DNA of 64,000 bases, taken from a virus. The DNA lies in IMG/VR virus record IMGVR_UViG_3300046514_000858, positions 29,746 through 93,745 of that record; one strand, written 5' to 3'. Under the pieces are notes generated by a model that saw only the letters and a list, made by a program, of their open reading frames with translations, had not been told where the DNA came from and ran no database searches. How positions within the stretch are numbered: position 1 is the stretch's first letter; each line of letters starts with the position of its first letter. Of the stretch, positions 36,615-46,283 are shown in pieces. The position numbers and the translations under genes are program-made.

Positions 36615-37010
36615 ATGGGCATCACGCGATTCAATCAGTGGGAAGATCCGAGCCCCGTGATCGGCAAGGCTGATTTCGAGTGGTTCTACTCTGGCACTCT
36701 GCAGATCAACGACGACAACAAGATCCCGGTGAAGTCCAAGAGCATAGACGTCTACATCAACAAGCTGGAAGTGCTGCTGTACAGCGCGGCGGTCGATTCG
36801 GACGTCACAAACGGAGCCGTGGTCGTGAAGTTCTACAAGAACGCCGTCCTGATTGATCAAGTGCGCGTCGTAGGCGGGGCCGTGCAGGCTTCGACGACCA
36901 TCGCCCGCACTCTGGTCACGGCGGGCGACCGCATGACGGCGTCGATCACGCGCGTCGGCACGACCAATTACGGCATCACAGCTTCCATGTACGCGCGGGT
37001 GACGACGTGA
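36615..37010 (+). CDS. tail-associated beta-sandwich protein
   Basis: Beta-rich; AGD.MT..IT.VG. Confidence 0.6.
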   Translation: MGITRFNQWEDPSPVIGKADFEWFYSGTLQINDDNKIPVKSKSIDVYINKLEVLLYSAAVDSDVTNGAVVVKFYKNAVLIDQVRVVGGAVQASTTIARTLVTAGDRMTASITRVGTTNYGITASMYARVTT

Positions 37011-37816
37011 CGATTCCTTTCTTTCTCGACTCGACTCAGGTCCCGTTCAACTACACCGAGATTTACGGGATCACGGACGTCGAGACCGGCGGCGTGGGCA
37101 TCATCACGACGTTCCGGGCGCAGGCCGTCACTGGCCTCGGCTGGACCGAGCCTTCGGCCGCACTCTTCAAGACCCCAGTCGACGCGGCGAGTCGGTGGTT
37201 CGACGTCCTGCTGACCCGCATCTCGGCAACAGTCCTTGAGTTCCGGATGCGCAACTCTGCGGGCACCACGATCACGACGCGCCGCATCCAGATCACGTCG
37301 GGGTTCGCGGTCCGCTTCTTCACGAATACCATGGGATTCCTGATCGAAGCGCTGCAGGCTGACCCGGCGTCGTCCGAGACGTTGCAGGGTCATATGCTTG
37401 ATCAGAGTCCGAATCTGCAATCGGACGTGTCTAATTACGTCGTCATGGGCGGTCGTCGCAGCAACACGAGCACGGACGATGGAAGCGGCAACATTGTGGG
37501 TAACCTCGCGGCCATCGACAACGGCACGCCCGCGTTTGTGGCGGGACGGTTGCCCTCCTCTCTGAATCCGGCGAGTGCGGGTATCGCCTTACTGAACAGC
37601 CAACAGAGTGTTCTTCTGCGGGATCTGCTCATTCACATCAATCAGGCTGGCACGATCCGATGGAGTGGGCGCATCTGCCACGCGCTCCAAATTGATTCCG
37701 GTATTCCTCCCGGCTCGGATAGGGCGGTCAAAATCGACACCAGCACGACGGCGACATATCGGGTAACCGGCAACCCGCTATTCCAGACCGTCAGAATGTG
37801 CATGAGGAAATCCTAA
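37007..37816 (+). CDS. virion protein, paralog A
   Basis: GITDV, L.WTEP..ALF..PVD.A.R..D.L.TRI.AT..EFRMR, shared with the next ORF. Confidence 0.7.
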   Translation: MTIPFFLDSTQVPFNYTEIYGITDVETGGVGIITTFRAQAVTGLGWTEPSAALFKTPVDAASRWFDVLLTRISATVLEFRMRNSAGTTITTRRIQITSGFAVRFFTNTMGFLIEALQADPASSETLQGHMLDQSPNLQSDVSNYVVMGGRRSNTSTDDGSGNIVGNLAAIDNGTPAFVAGRLPSSLNPASAGIALLNSQQSVLLRDLLIHINQAGTIRWSGRICHALQIDSGIPPGSDRAVKIDTSTTATYRVTGNPLFQTVRMCMRKS

Positions 37817-38602
37817 ATGGCCTCTCCTGATTTCATCAACGACACGATCTGTCCGTGGTACTACCACCAGAGCACGGGCATCACGGACGTCAATACGATC
37901 ATTTCGGATCTACGGACGGCGCTTGTCACCAATCTCTCGTGGACCGAACCGACGACGGCGCTCTTCCAGTCCCCGGTCGATTCCGCCGGGCGTTTCATGG
38001 ACATTCTGTGCACGAGGATCACGGCAACCAACATCGAATTCCGGATGCGGGATTTCCGAGCTGGCGTGCTTGTCACTGAGCGTATCCAGATCGACGCGAC
38101 AGCGACCGTTAACTACTTCGCTGGGAAATATTACGTTGTCGTCGAATCACTCAGGGCCACTCCTGAACTGATGCGCATGTGGATTCTTGAGCAGACTCCA
38201 GACGCGGCAGGGTCGAGCGGAAACTATACCGCGGCGCACGCATACCGTACAAGCGGCGATGTCGCGGATGGAAGTGAATCGGCTTGGAGGTTTTTCGTTT
38301 TCGAGAACGGAGTCTCTACGGTTGCCCATCGCTCCCATCTCTCCAACAGCATGGCGGGCAGCGTCATCACGCTCACGGATGCCGCCGGATCTCTCATGTA
38401 TCTTGAGCCTGAAATTTATATCTCTCCTCAAGGCGTCGCCCGCTGGGCGGGCAGGCTGTATCAGGCGTTCATTTGCGATTCCGGCATCGCGTTTGGAACC
38501 GACAAAACGATCCCGGTAGACGACGCAGGAACGACGGCAGTATTCCGAGTCCTCGGCCTACCGTCGATCAATAATTATCGCATCTGTGTTAGGAAGGCAT
38601 GA
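37817..38602 (+). CDS. virion protein, paralog B
   Basis: Tandem paralog of 37007 along its full length. Confidence 0.7.
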   Translation: MASPDFINDTICPWYYHQSTGITDVNTIISDLRTALVTNLSWTEPTTALFQSPVDSAGRFMDILCTRITATNIEFRMRDFRAGVLVTERIQIDATATVNYFAGKYYVVVESLRATPELMRMWILEQTPDAAGSSGNYTAAHAYRTSGDVADGSESAWRFFVFENGVSTVAHRSHLSNSMAGSVITLTDAAGSLMYLEPEIYISPQGVARWAGRLYQAFICDSGIAFGTDKTIPVDDAGTTAVFRVLGLPSINNYRICVRKA

Positions 38603-38973
38603 TGCCGACGTTTCTCAATCTGCAAGCGCGAGCGACGGGCAGTCCAAAAAACGCCGTCGTGATTACTGCCGTTGCACACTGTGACCAAGTTCATACTGCC
38701 GACACTCTTGCTCATGTGGCAACTGACCGAACGTCGCTCTTGAAGACCCTATCTGGATCCGCAGCACAATCAGCTCCGCTCCTTATGAAACGGGAAACGT
38801 CGACCCCTAAGAACGCCGCGATCATCACGACGATAGGAGACGGGAATTGTGGCCTCTCTCTTGTGGATGTGGTCAGGCAAGAAAGCGGAACAAAAACCTT
38901 CGTTCATATGAAGGGCGACATGAACGGTAATTTCAAATCCGACCAAAAGCATCGCGGTGGCGTGGCTGGATGA
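38599..38973 (+). CDS. hypothetical protein with internal PKNA..IT repeat
   Basis: Overlapping start; lower GC. Confidence 0.55.
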   Translation: MMPTFLNLQARATGSPKNAVVITAVAHCDQVHTADTLAHVATDRTSLLKTLSGSAAQSAPLLMKRETSTPKNAAIITTIGDGNCGLSLVDVVRQESGTKTFVHMKGDMNGNFKSDQKHRGGVAG

Positions 38974-38988
38974 GTCCAAGGAGATACA

Positions 38989-39471
38989 ATGAAGAATTTC
39001 AAGAAGCATCACGCTGAGCATCTGGACGGGACCCGCGGGTCGTGGCGGCCTGCCTTGATCGGTGCGCTCGTTGGCGCGGATGGTCACTACGTCTCGTGGA
39101 AAGAGATCGTGGTCGTCTCCTGCCACAACTGCGGCCTGCAGTACGGCGTCGGTGGTGACGAGGCTCAGATCCAACCGGACGGCACGACCGACATCCCGGT
39201 CCGCTGCCACCACTGCGGCCTGACCGATCACATGACCTTCGACTCCCACGCCGCCCCCGCCGGGCGCGAGCACTTCGCCAAGATCAAGGCCGAGGCCGAG
39301 AAGGGCGTGCGAGATGCACGTCTGAACGCGCTGCACGAGAAGATCAAGGCCGACATGCAGGCCGACCTTCACGACCGGGCTCTGGCCGAAGCACGCAAGA
39401 TCCTGCCGGACGGAGCGACCAACGCGCAGGAACTCTTCAAGTCCGCGATGGGCAAGAAGTTCACGGGGTAA
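38989..39471 (+). CDS. Zn-finger protein with coiled coil
   Basis: CHNCG...CHHCG; GTCCAAG at 38974. Confidence 0.65.
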   Translation: MKNFKKHHAEHLDGTRGSWRPALIGALVGADGHYVSWKEIVVVSCHNCGLQYGVGGDEAQIQPDGTTDIPVRCHHCGLTDHMTFDSHAAPAGREHFAKIKAEAEKGVRDARLNALHEKIKADMQADLHDRALAEARKILPDGATNAQELFKSAMGKKFTG

Positions 39472-39518
39472 GGCTTCGAGTCTCGCTGTCCAAGATTGCG
39501 TACATCGCAGGACAGTGA

Positions 39519-40118
39519 ATGACCACGAAGCTGCATATCGGCTGCGGCACCGTTTATCTGGACGACTGGATCAACGTTGACGTGCCCTCCTCGGATTGTC
39601 ATCTCGCCACCGACCGCCCAGATCTCGTCGCCAAGTACCGCACCACGGCCGACGACTATTACGCCCGGCACAAGAAGACGGTCGAGGATCTTCGCAAGGG
39701 GCCGCTCCATCAGGAGTACGTCTGCGACCGCTACGGGTCGTACGAGTTCCTCCCCGCCGCGCCCGGCACGATCACCGAGATCCTCGCGCGACATAGTTTC
39801 GAGCACCTCTCCATCACGGAAGCCCGGCGTGCGCTCGTTCTTATGAATAGGGTTCTCGCGGCCGACGGACAGCTTGTGCTGGACGTGCCCGATCACGAGG
39901 CTACGCTCCGGCTCTACCGAGAGACCGGTGACGAGTTCTTCGTGCGCCATCTGCTCGGCCCACGGAGAAACGACTGGGGTTTTCATTGCATGAGCTACAC
40001 GCCGGAACGTCTGGACGGGCTCTTGCATGACTACGGCTTCTCCCTGATCGCCGACGAGCCCAACATCCACGTCTACCCCGCCTTCTGCCGTCGTTACGTG
40101 AAGCGCGAGGCGATCTGA
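39519..40118 (+). CDS. SAM-dependent methyltransferase
   Basis: KLHIGCG....DWINVD, HSFEHL, RVL...G.L...VPD. Confidence 0.85.
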   Translation: MTTKLHIGCGTVYLDDWINVDVPSSDCHLATDRPDLVAKYRTTADDYYARHKKTVEDLRKGPLHQEYVCDRYGSYEFLPAAPGTITEILARHSFEHLSITEARRALVLMNRVLAADGQLVLDVPDHEATLRLYRETGDEFFVRHLLGPRRNDWGFHCMSYTPERLDGLLHDYGFSLIADEPNIHVYPAFCRRYVKREAI

Positions 40119-40813
40119 TGGATCAGCCCCTTCTGAGCGTGATCGTCGGCACTATTGATCGCCCTCAGCACATCGCCAACTGCATCGAATCCGTCCGGCG
40201 GCACACGACCATTCCTTACGAGCTCATTGTCGGCGACGCATCCGAGCGGCATCCTCCACTGGTTTCCAGCGGCCCCCTACGCGTCGTACGGGAGAAGCCT
40301 CGTCTCGGCCACGCCAAGGGCTACAACCAGCTCTTCCGGCAGGCCCGCGGCAAGTGGGTCTGCTGGCTGAACGACGACGCGCGCGTCACGCCCGGCTGGG
40401 CCAACAACGCGGTCGCGTTCATGGAGTACACCCCATGGGTCGGCCTCGGGTGCTTCTACTACTCCGAGCACGGCTGCTGCTTCCACCTCTCCCAGTATCA
40501 GGATTTCATCTACGCCAACTTCGGGATCCTGTCGAAGCAATTCGGCGACCGCATCGGGTGGTTCGATGAGTGCGTCCGGATGTATGGGGCCGACAACTCC
40601 ATCACCTTCAAGACGATCCTCGCCGGGAAGGGCGTGTCCGGCATCCCCGGCGCGAAGATCATGCACGAGCCCATCTCGGACGACATTCGCCGCGGCAACA
40701 TGGCGGGACAAAAATCCGACGAGAAAGCGCTTTTGGACAAGTATCGACCGTTCATGTGGGAAATGAAGAAGTCCATGGCGCGCCTTCCGCAGTCACCATT
40801 GAGGATTCCATGA
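40118..40813 (+). CDS. glycosyltransferase family 2
   Basis: LSVIV.T.DR, YELIV.D, YN....ARG..V..LNDD, G.FDE....Y..D. Confidence 0.88.
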   Translation: MDQPLLSVIVGTIDRPQHIANCIESVRRHTTIPYELIVGDASERHPPLVSSGPLRVVREKPRLGHAKGYNQLFRQARGKWVCWLNDDARVTPGWANNAVAFMEYTPWVGLGCFYYSEHGCCFHLSQYQDFIYANFGILSKQFGDRIGWFDECVRMYGADNSITFKTILAGKGVSGIPGAKIMHEPISDDIRRGNMAGQKSDEKALLDKYRPFMWEMKKSMARLPQSPLRIP

Positions 40814-41226
40814 TCAAGAAGACGACGATCTCGTTCCACGATACCGGCGACCGCGGTGATCTCGCCGTCTTCGATCTGCCGGGCCCGGAGTGGCAGGGCG
40901 TCCGGACATGTCCATTCGAGCCCCGCCGGATCTTCTGGATCACGAACATGCAGCAGCTCGGCCGCCGGGGCGGCCACGCGCATCGCAAGGGCGAACAGTT
41001 CCTCTTCTGCCCGACCGGCGGCGTCCAGATCGCGTACCAGTGCCCGGAAGGCAAGGGGCTGGTGGTGCTGAAGGGCTCCAGCGTCGGCGCGTACGTCCCG
41101 CCTCTGCACTGGCTGGACATCCGGAACCTGCACACGAAGACGGTGCTCGTCGTGCTGGCCTCGAATCCGTATGACGAAGCGGACTATATCCGCGACCCCG
41201 AGGAGTTCAAGAGGCTCTGCAAGTGA
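40810..41226 (+). CDS. fdtA: dTDP-4-keto-6-deoxyhexose 3,4-isomerase (FdtA/QdtA, cupin)
   Basis: D.RG.L, PF..RRIFWI, RG.HAH....Q, YVPP..W, VLAS..YDEADYIRD. Confidence 0.88.
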   Translation: MIKKTTISFHDTGDRGDLAVFDLPGPEWQGVRTCPFEPRRIFWITNMQQLGRRGGHAHRKGEQFLFCPTGGVQIAYQCPEGKGLVVLKGSSVGAYVPPLHWLDIRNLHTKTVLVVLASNPYDEADYIRDPEEFKRLCK

Positions 41227-42299
41227 AGGTTCCCTACCACGACCTGCAGCCGATCCTCGACATCGAATCCTCCGCCATCGCGGACGCCATGGCTCGCGTC
41301 ATGAAGTCGGGCCGCCTGATCCTCGGGCCGGAAGTGGAAGCATTCGAGTACGAGCTCGCCGAGCGGATGGGATACGCCCACGCCATCGGAGTGGCCAACG
41401 GCACGGACGCCATTGAGCTCGTGCTGGCCCAGCGCCCCTCACACGGCGGCAACGAGGTGCTAGTCCCGGCCAACAGCGCGCCCGCGACGGTGACCGCGGT
41501 CATGCGCGCCGGATGCAGGCCGGTATACTGCGAGGTCCAGCGCAACGGGATTATCAACCCGGAGAAGCTGGGCTACTTCCTGACGCCCCAGACCTTCGCC
41601 GTGCTGGCAGTGGACCTGTATGGACAGCCCTGCGACTACCGGGCGCTGGCCAACTTCGCACACGCGCGCCAGCTCGCGCTCTACTCCGACGGCGCGCAGG
41701 CGTTCGGATCTCAGAGCACCGCCCGACTCTACGTCAACGCCCAGACCATCAGCTTCTACCCGACCAAGGCGCTCGGCGCGCTTGGGGACGGGGGCGCGAT
41801 CCTGACCAACGATCAGGGTCTGATGCTCGACCTCCGGGCCCGGCGCTTCTACGGGATCTACGACCGCCGCACCCTGCAGCAGGACTTCCTCGGCTGCAAC
41901 TCCCGGCTGGACGAGCTGCAGGCCGCGATCCTGCGTGAGCGCATGGATGTCGCCGAGAAGTGGTGCGAGGTCCGCCGCGCGGTGGCGTGGTTCTACCACA
42001 AGTGGATCCGGACCGATCTCCAGCGCCGCTCCTACGACCACAACCAGAACTACCACATCTTCAACATCCACTGCCAAGATCGGGACGGATCCCGCGAGCG
42101 GCTGGCCGGGCGAGAGATCGAGACGGCCATCCATTATCCGATCCCGGCGCACCGCCAGTCCCCCAGCGCCGCGCCGTATCGCGACTTGCCGATCACTGAA
42201 GACTTCTGTCGGACGACGCTGTCACTACCGATCTGGGTCGGGATGTCCGACGACCAGATCCATAGTGTAGTGGGCGGCGTCAACGAGTTGTGCAAATGA
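41223..42299 (+). CDS. DegT/DnrJ/EryC1/StrS PLP sugar aminotransferase (FdtB-like)
   Basis: LGPEVEAFE, VANGTDA, DLYGQ, D.AQA, SFYPTK.LGA.GDGG, NSRLDELQAA, IHYP.P.H. Confidence 0.93.
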   Translation: MKVPYHDLQPILDIESSAIADAMARVMKSGRLILGPEVEAFEYELAERMGYAHAIGVANGTDAIELVLAQRPSHGGNEVLVPANSAPATVTAVMRAGCRPVYCEVQRNGIINPEKLGYFLTPQTFAVLAVDLYGQPCDYRALANFAHARQLALYSDGAQAFGSQSTARLYVNAQTISFYPTKALGALGDGGAILTNDQGLMLDLRARRFYGIYDRRTLQQDFLGCNSRLDELQAAILRERMDVAEKWCEVRRAVAWFYHKWIRTDLQRRSYDHNQNYHIFNIHCQDRDGSRERLAGREIETAIHYPIPAHRQSPSAAPYRDLPITEDFCRTTLSLPIWVGMSDDQIHSVVGGVNELCK

Positions 42300-43351
42300 A
42301 GATCGCCTTCGTCGACACCTACTATCCTGACGTCCTCGTCGGGCGTGACAAGGTCTCGTACGCGTCGCGCATGGCCGATCTGATGCGCCTCCACTTCGGG
42401 ACGGCGTACTACTACTCCGACGCGTTCAAGAAGATGGGCTGGACAGCCATCGACATCATCGGGAACGACACGGATGGCCGCAAGCTCTGGTGCGCCGAGG
42501 CGGGCCTCACGTACGAGAACGATCAGGCGTCCGTCATCGACCAGCTCGTCATCTTCGAGCCGGACATCGTTTACATGCAGGACCTCGGCTTCTTCGAACC
42601 CACCCAGATCGCGGGTCTCAAGAAGCGCCTGTACTGGAAGTTTGTGTCCCAGCACTCCTGCCCGTGGGCCGGAGACAACCGCATTAAGGCGTTCGACGCC
42701 GTCTTCTCGTCCTTCCCGCACTACCTTCCGCGGATCTCCGCGCTGGGCGTTCAGACGTCCATGCTGCCCATCGCTTTCGGCCACCGCGTGCTGGAGCACA
42801 TCAAGCCCCAGCGCCGCGACCTACCCGTGACGTTCGTCGGGGGTCTGAACGGCACGAGCGGGCACTGGGCGCAGGGCACTGTGATGATGGAGCATGTCGC
42901 TGCCGAGGTCCCGGCCTTCAAGTGGTGGGGCTACTTCATCGGCGAGCCGCGCAACTACCCGGCGCTCCAGCGCACCTATCAAGGCCCGGCGTGGGGCATG
43001 AAGATGTACAACGTCTACGCCCGGTCGCAGATGGTGATCAATCGCCACGGCGAGGTTGCCGAAGGCTACTCCAACAACATGCGCATGTTCGAGGCGACCG
43101 GCTGCGGCGCGCTTCTGCTCACCGAGCAGTCGAAGAACCTGCACGATTACTTCGCGCCGGGCATGGAATGCGTCGCGTACCGTGAGCCCGCGGAGCTGGT
43201 CGACATTATCAACAAGCAACTCCTCTGGCAGCCCGAGCTGGTGGCCGACATCGCGAAGCGCGGACAGGCTCTCACGCTGGAGAACCACACGTACGAAAAG
43301 CGGCTCGCCCAGATCGAACCCTTCCTGCAGAAGATCGCGGCGGGCAAATGA
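42296..43351 (+). CDS. GT-B glycosyltransferase (CgeB/Glyco_trans_1_2-like)
   Basis: V.FVG, WG..MY.VYARS..VIN.H, NMRMFEATGCG..LLT, HTY..R. Confidence 0.88.
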   Translation: MKIAFVDTYYPDVLVGRDKVSYASRMADLMRLHFGTAYYYSDAFKKMGWTAIDIIGNDTDGRKLWCAEAGLTYENDQASVIDQLVIFEPDIVYMQDLGFFEPTQIAGLKKRLYWKFVSQHSCPWAGDNRIKAFDAVFSSFPHYLPRISALGVQTSMLPIAFGHRVLEHIKPQRRDLPVTFVGGLNGTSGHWAQGTVMMEHVAAEVPAFKWWGYFIGEPRNYPALQRTYQGPAWGMKMYNVYARSQMVINRHGEVAEGYSNNMRMFEATGCGALLLTEQSKNLHDYFAPGMECVAYREPAELVDIINKQLLWQPELVADIAKRGQALTLENHTYEKRLAQIEPFLQKIAAGK

Positions 43352-44274
43352 AGCACTACTGCACGCTGTTCGATCTGAACTACGCCGCCAAGGGCCTCGC
43401 CCTGTACGAGTCCATCGCCCGTCACTCTTCGGAGGACTTCATCCTCTGGACCGTGCCGATGAACGACAAGACGTGGGATTTCCTGCAGCACACCAAGAAT
43501 CTCCGACCGAACATGGCGGTCTTCCGCGACAGCGAGGTTTTCAACGACCGCTTCTGCAAGGCGGCATATGATCGAGAGATCAGCTACCGCTGCTTCATGG
43601 CGGCCCCTTGGCTACTACACCATCTCCTCGACATGCCGAGCATCGACGAGGCGACCTACCTTGACGCCGATCTGGGATTCTACGCCGACCCCAAGATCGC
43701 GCACGACGAGATGGGCGACAACTCCGTCGGCATCGTGCCTCACCGCTTCATGCCGCACGACGTCGCCCGGCTGTCGCCCAACGGCTGGTTCAACGTCTCT
43801 TGGGTCACGGTGAAGCGCGACAAGTGGGGGATGCCGATCCTGTCGCGCTGGCGCGAGCAGACGCTGGAGAAGTGCGACCGCGAAAGCTGCGGCGATCAGA
43901 AGTACCTAAACGAGTGGCCGACCTTCTGGAACGAAGACGGCGACGGCGTGCACATCTTCAGCCATGAAGGCATTGGCGTCGCTCCGTGGAACGCCATGAA
44001 ATATCGTTTCTTCCCGGGCCCCAAGATCGCGCTGCAGGACGGCCCGGGGTTCGGATCGTGGCAGAAAAAGGAGATCGTCTTCTACCACTACCACGAGCTG
44101 AAGCGCCGCGCGAAGAACGATTATCAACTGACCGGCTACCCGCTACCCGAGGCGTGCAAGGAGCTGATCTACAAGCCGTACATAGCCCAACTTGAGGTGG
44201 GCGAGGATCTCATCACCGAATACGAAAGGACATCGCCATGGTCAAAATCCACTCCCTCCGCACCGACGACCTGA
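43348..44274 (+). CDS. GT-A glycosyltransferase
   Basis: YCTLFD.NY...GLALY.S, YLDADL.F, G.FN...V, GDQKYL..WP, APWN, FYH.H. Confidence 0.85.
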   Translation: MKHYCTLFDLNYAAKGLALYESIARHSSEDFILWTVPMNDKTWDFLQHTKNLRPNMAVFRDSEVFNDRFCKAAYDREISYRCFMAAPWLLHHLLDMPSIDEATYLDADLGFYADPKIAHDEMGDNSVGIVPHRFMPHDVARLSPNGWFNVSWVTVKRDKWGMPILSRWREQTLEKCDRESCGDQKYLNEWPTFWNEDGDGVHIFSHEGIGVAPWNAMKYRFFPGPKIALQDGPGFGSWQKKEIVFYHYHELKRRAKNDYQLTGYPLPEACKELIYKPYIAQLEVGEDLITEYERTSPWSKSTPSAPTT

Positions 44275-45188
44275 AGCTCCTCGGATACACCCAGTTCTCC
44301 GGGCTCAACTTCAAGGGCGCGACGATGGTCGACACCATCGAAGAGGCCGATGCCGTCTTCATCCCGCTCCCGACCCGACCCGTGCTCGACCCGAGCCAGC
44401 GCGGCATCCACATGGGCGCGCCGGAGCTGCAGGAGATCATCACCAAGTTCGGGCTGGAGGAGAAGCGCGTCATCACGTACGATTGCAGCGACTTCACGGC
44501 GGACTACACCGCCACCAACCCCAACTGCATCTTCATCCGCTGCAGCGCAAAGGGCTGGTACGTCCGGCAGATGCCGCGGACCATCTCGTGGCCGTGGCCC
44601 GTCGAAAACTGGGCCGACGTCGTCCCGATGCCGGAAGGTGGATTCAAGTACGACGTCTCCGGCCACATGTGGCTCAGCTCCTCCACCCGAGTGAACGCCA
44701 TCGACAGCGTCCGGGAGACCTTCGGCGCGCGGGCGGACCTCGTGACCCGCAAGGAGTTCTGGGGCTACCTCGAACGCGACGACCTCGCCCGGGCCATGCC
44801 TATGAAGGTCGCCATGAAGAAGTCCATGCAGGAGAGCCGAGTCTCCCTCTGCCCGGCGTCGATCCCCAACGTCTTCCCGTACCGGTTCTTCGAGGCTCTG
44901 AGCGCCGGACGCGTGCCTGCGCTGTTCTGCTCCGACTACGTCCTACCGTTCGGCACCAAGGTGAAGTACAACGACTTCTGCCTGATGTTCGGCGAGGAGG
45001 ACAGCAGGCAGGCCGGGCCTCTGATCAAGGAGTGGCTGTCGCGTCACACAGACGACGAGATCATCGCCATGGGCCTGCGCGGGCGCGAGGCGTTCCAGCA
45101 GTGGCTCAACGTGCGTGATCGCGGCGACGAGCTCATGACGTACGCTATCGAAGAGGCGCTGCGATACGACGGGCTACTCAAGCCCTAA
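44238..45188 (+). CDS. exostosin (GT47)-like glycosyltransferase
   Basis: M..S...LCP......YRFFEALSAGRVP......VLPF. Confidence 0.75.
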   Translation: MVKIHSLRTDDLKLLGYTQFSGLNFKGATMVDTIEEADAVFIPLPTRPVLDPSQRGIHMGAPELQEIITKFGLEEKRVITYDCSDFTADYTATNPNCIFIRCSAKGWYVRQMPRTISWPWPVENWADVVPMPEGGFKYDVSGHMWLSSSTRVNAIDSVRETFGARADLVTRKEFWGYLERDDLARAMPMKVAMKKSMQESRVSLCPASIPNVFPYRFFEALSAGRVPALFCSDYVLPFGTKVKYNDFCLMFGEEDSRQAGPLIKEWLSRHTDDEIIAMGLRGREAFQQWLNVRDRGDELMTYAIEEALRYDGLLKP

Positions 45189-45281
45189 GACCCGCGGGTG
45201 GTATGTACCCGACCAAGTCCGGTCGGGGAGGACCGGGATTCCCGCCGCCGGACAACACCGGCTTCTAGGGTCCAAGATGGC

Positions 45282-45968
45282 GTGCACATCGTAGTCGCAT
45301 CGACTGCATCGTACTCAGACGCGTGGGGCCCGTTTCAGGCGCTCTTCCGGATGTTCTGGAAGGACTGTCCGTTCCCGGTCACGCTCGTCACCGACCGCGG
45401 CACAGAACCGTGGGATCTCGGCCAGCGCTTCGACGTCGGTGATGATCGAGGATGGTGCAAGAACCTCCTCGCCTTCGTGAAGGACGTGCCCGAGGACAAG
45501 GTCCTCCTCCTGCAGGAAGACTTCTGGCTCAACTTCCCGACCGACACGGCGTTTATCAATCGCGCCGTCGCAGCTATGAATGCCGACCCCAAGATCGCGG
45601 CGTTCCGCATCTATCCCTGCCCCGGGCCAGAGGGACCGATCAACGAGGAGTATGGTCTTCTCCGGCCGGGCTCGGCCTACCGCGTGAGCTGTCAGGCCAC
45701 GATCTGGCGCAAGGACGAGCTCGTCAACCTCCTCGAACGATTCGATCACCCGCGGGACTTCGAGATCCAAGGCACCATCTACGCCAACGCCGAGCGCGCA
45801 CACTTGAAGTACGTCGCCGTCGAGGAGCGCGATCCGAACAAGTGGCCGATCCAGTATTACTGCTCCGCCATCACCCGCGGAGAGTTCGACCGGGGCGCGC
45901 TGGAGTTCTGCAAGAAAATGGGCGTGCCGGTGCATGAAGGCCGCCCCATCATGGGCGGTCCAAGGTAA
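45282..45968 (+). CDS. putative glycosyltransferase, paralog of 10628
   Basis: GTG 5 nt after GTCCAAG (45270); VAS..SY.D.W..F..LF..FW.DCPF, LLLQEDF.L, YR.S.QA.IW.K, FE..G. Confidence 0.7.
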   Translation: MHIVVASTASYSDAWGPFQALFRMFWKDCPFPVTLVTDRGTEPWDLGQRFDVGDDRGWCKNLLAFVKDVPEDKVLLLQEDFWLNFPTDTAFINRAVAAMNADPKIAAFRIYPCPGPEGPINEEYGLLRPGSAYRVSCQATIWRKDELVNLLERFDHPRDFEIQGTIYANAERAHLKYVAVEERDPNKWPIQYYCSAITRGEFDRGALEFCKKMGVPVHEGRPIMGGPR

Positions 45969-45984
45969 TAGCAACGGATTGCCC

Positions 45985-46272
45985 ATGACTTCAGACGAAA
46001 AACTTGACCGTCTCAGCAACGAAGTACACCAGCTCGGACTCGGGCTCGCCCGAGTCGAAGGCGGGATCACGGCACAGAACGCCTTGCTGGGCCAGTACCG
46101 ACACGAGATCGCAGAGGCCAAGACCCAGACCAACAAGCTCGAAGGCCGCATCTGGGGCATCGTGATCGCCGTCGCCGGGTTCGGCCTCTCGTCCATCGCC
46201 GCCCTCGTCATGTCCGCCACCCTGCATACCAAAGCCCATGAGGCCGTCGCCATGGTGGCGCGGCTCTTTTGA
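45985..46272 (+). CDS. coiled-coil plus C-terminal TM protein (possible lysis-related)
   Basis: After GTCCAAG 45958; IWGIVIAVAGFGL TM segment. Confidence 0.55.
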   Translation: MTSDEKLDRLSNEVHQLGLGLARVEGGITAQNALLGQYRHEIAEAKTQTNKLEGRIWGIVIAVAGFGLSSIAALVMSATLHTKAHEAVAMVARLF

Positions 46273-46283
46273 TTGGAGTGACC

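Noticed and set aside
45198-45281. N-terminal extension of the 45198 ORF, and similar extended starts in the ORF track
   Set aside because: Homology-like sequence begins at GTG 45282, directly after the late box; starts were trimmed using SD and motif evidence
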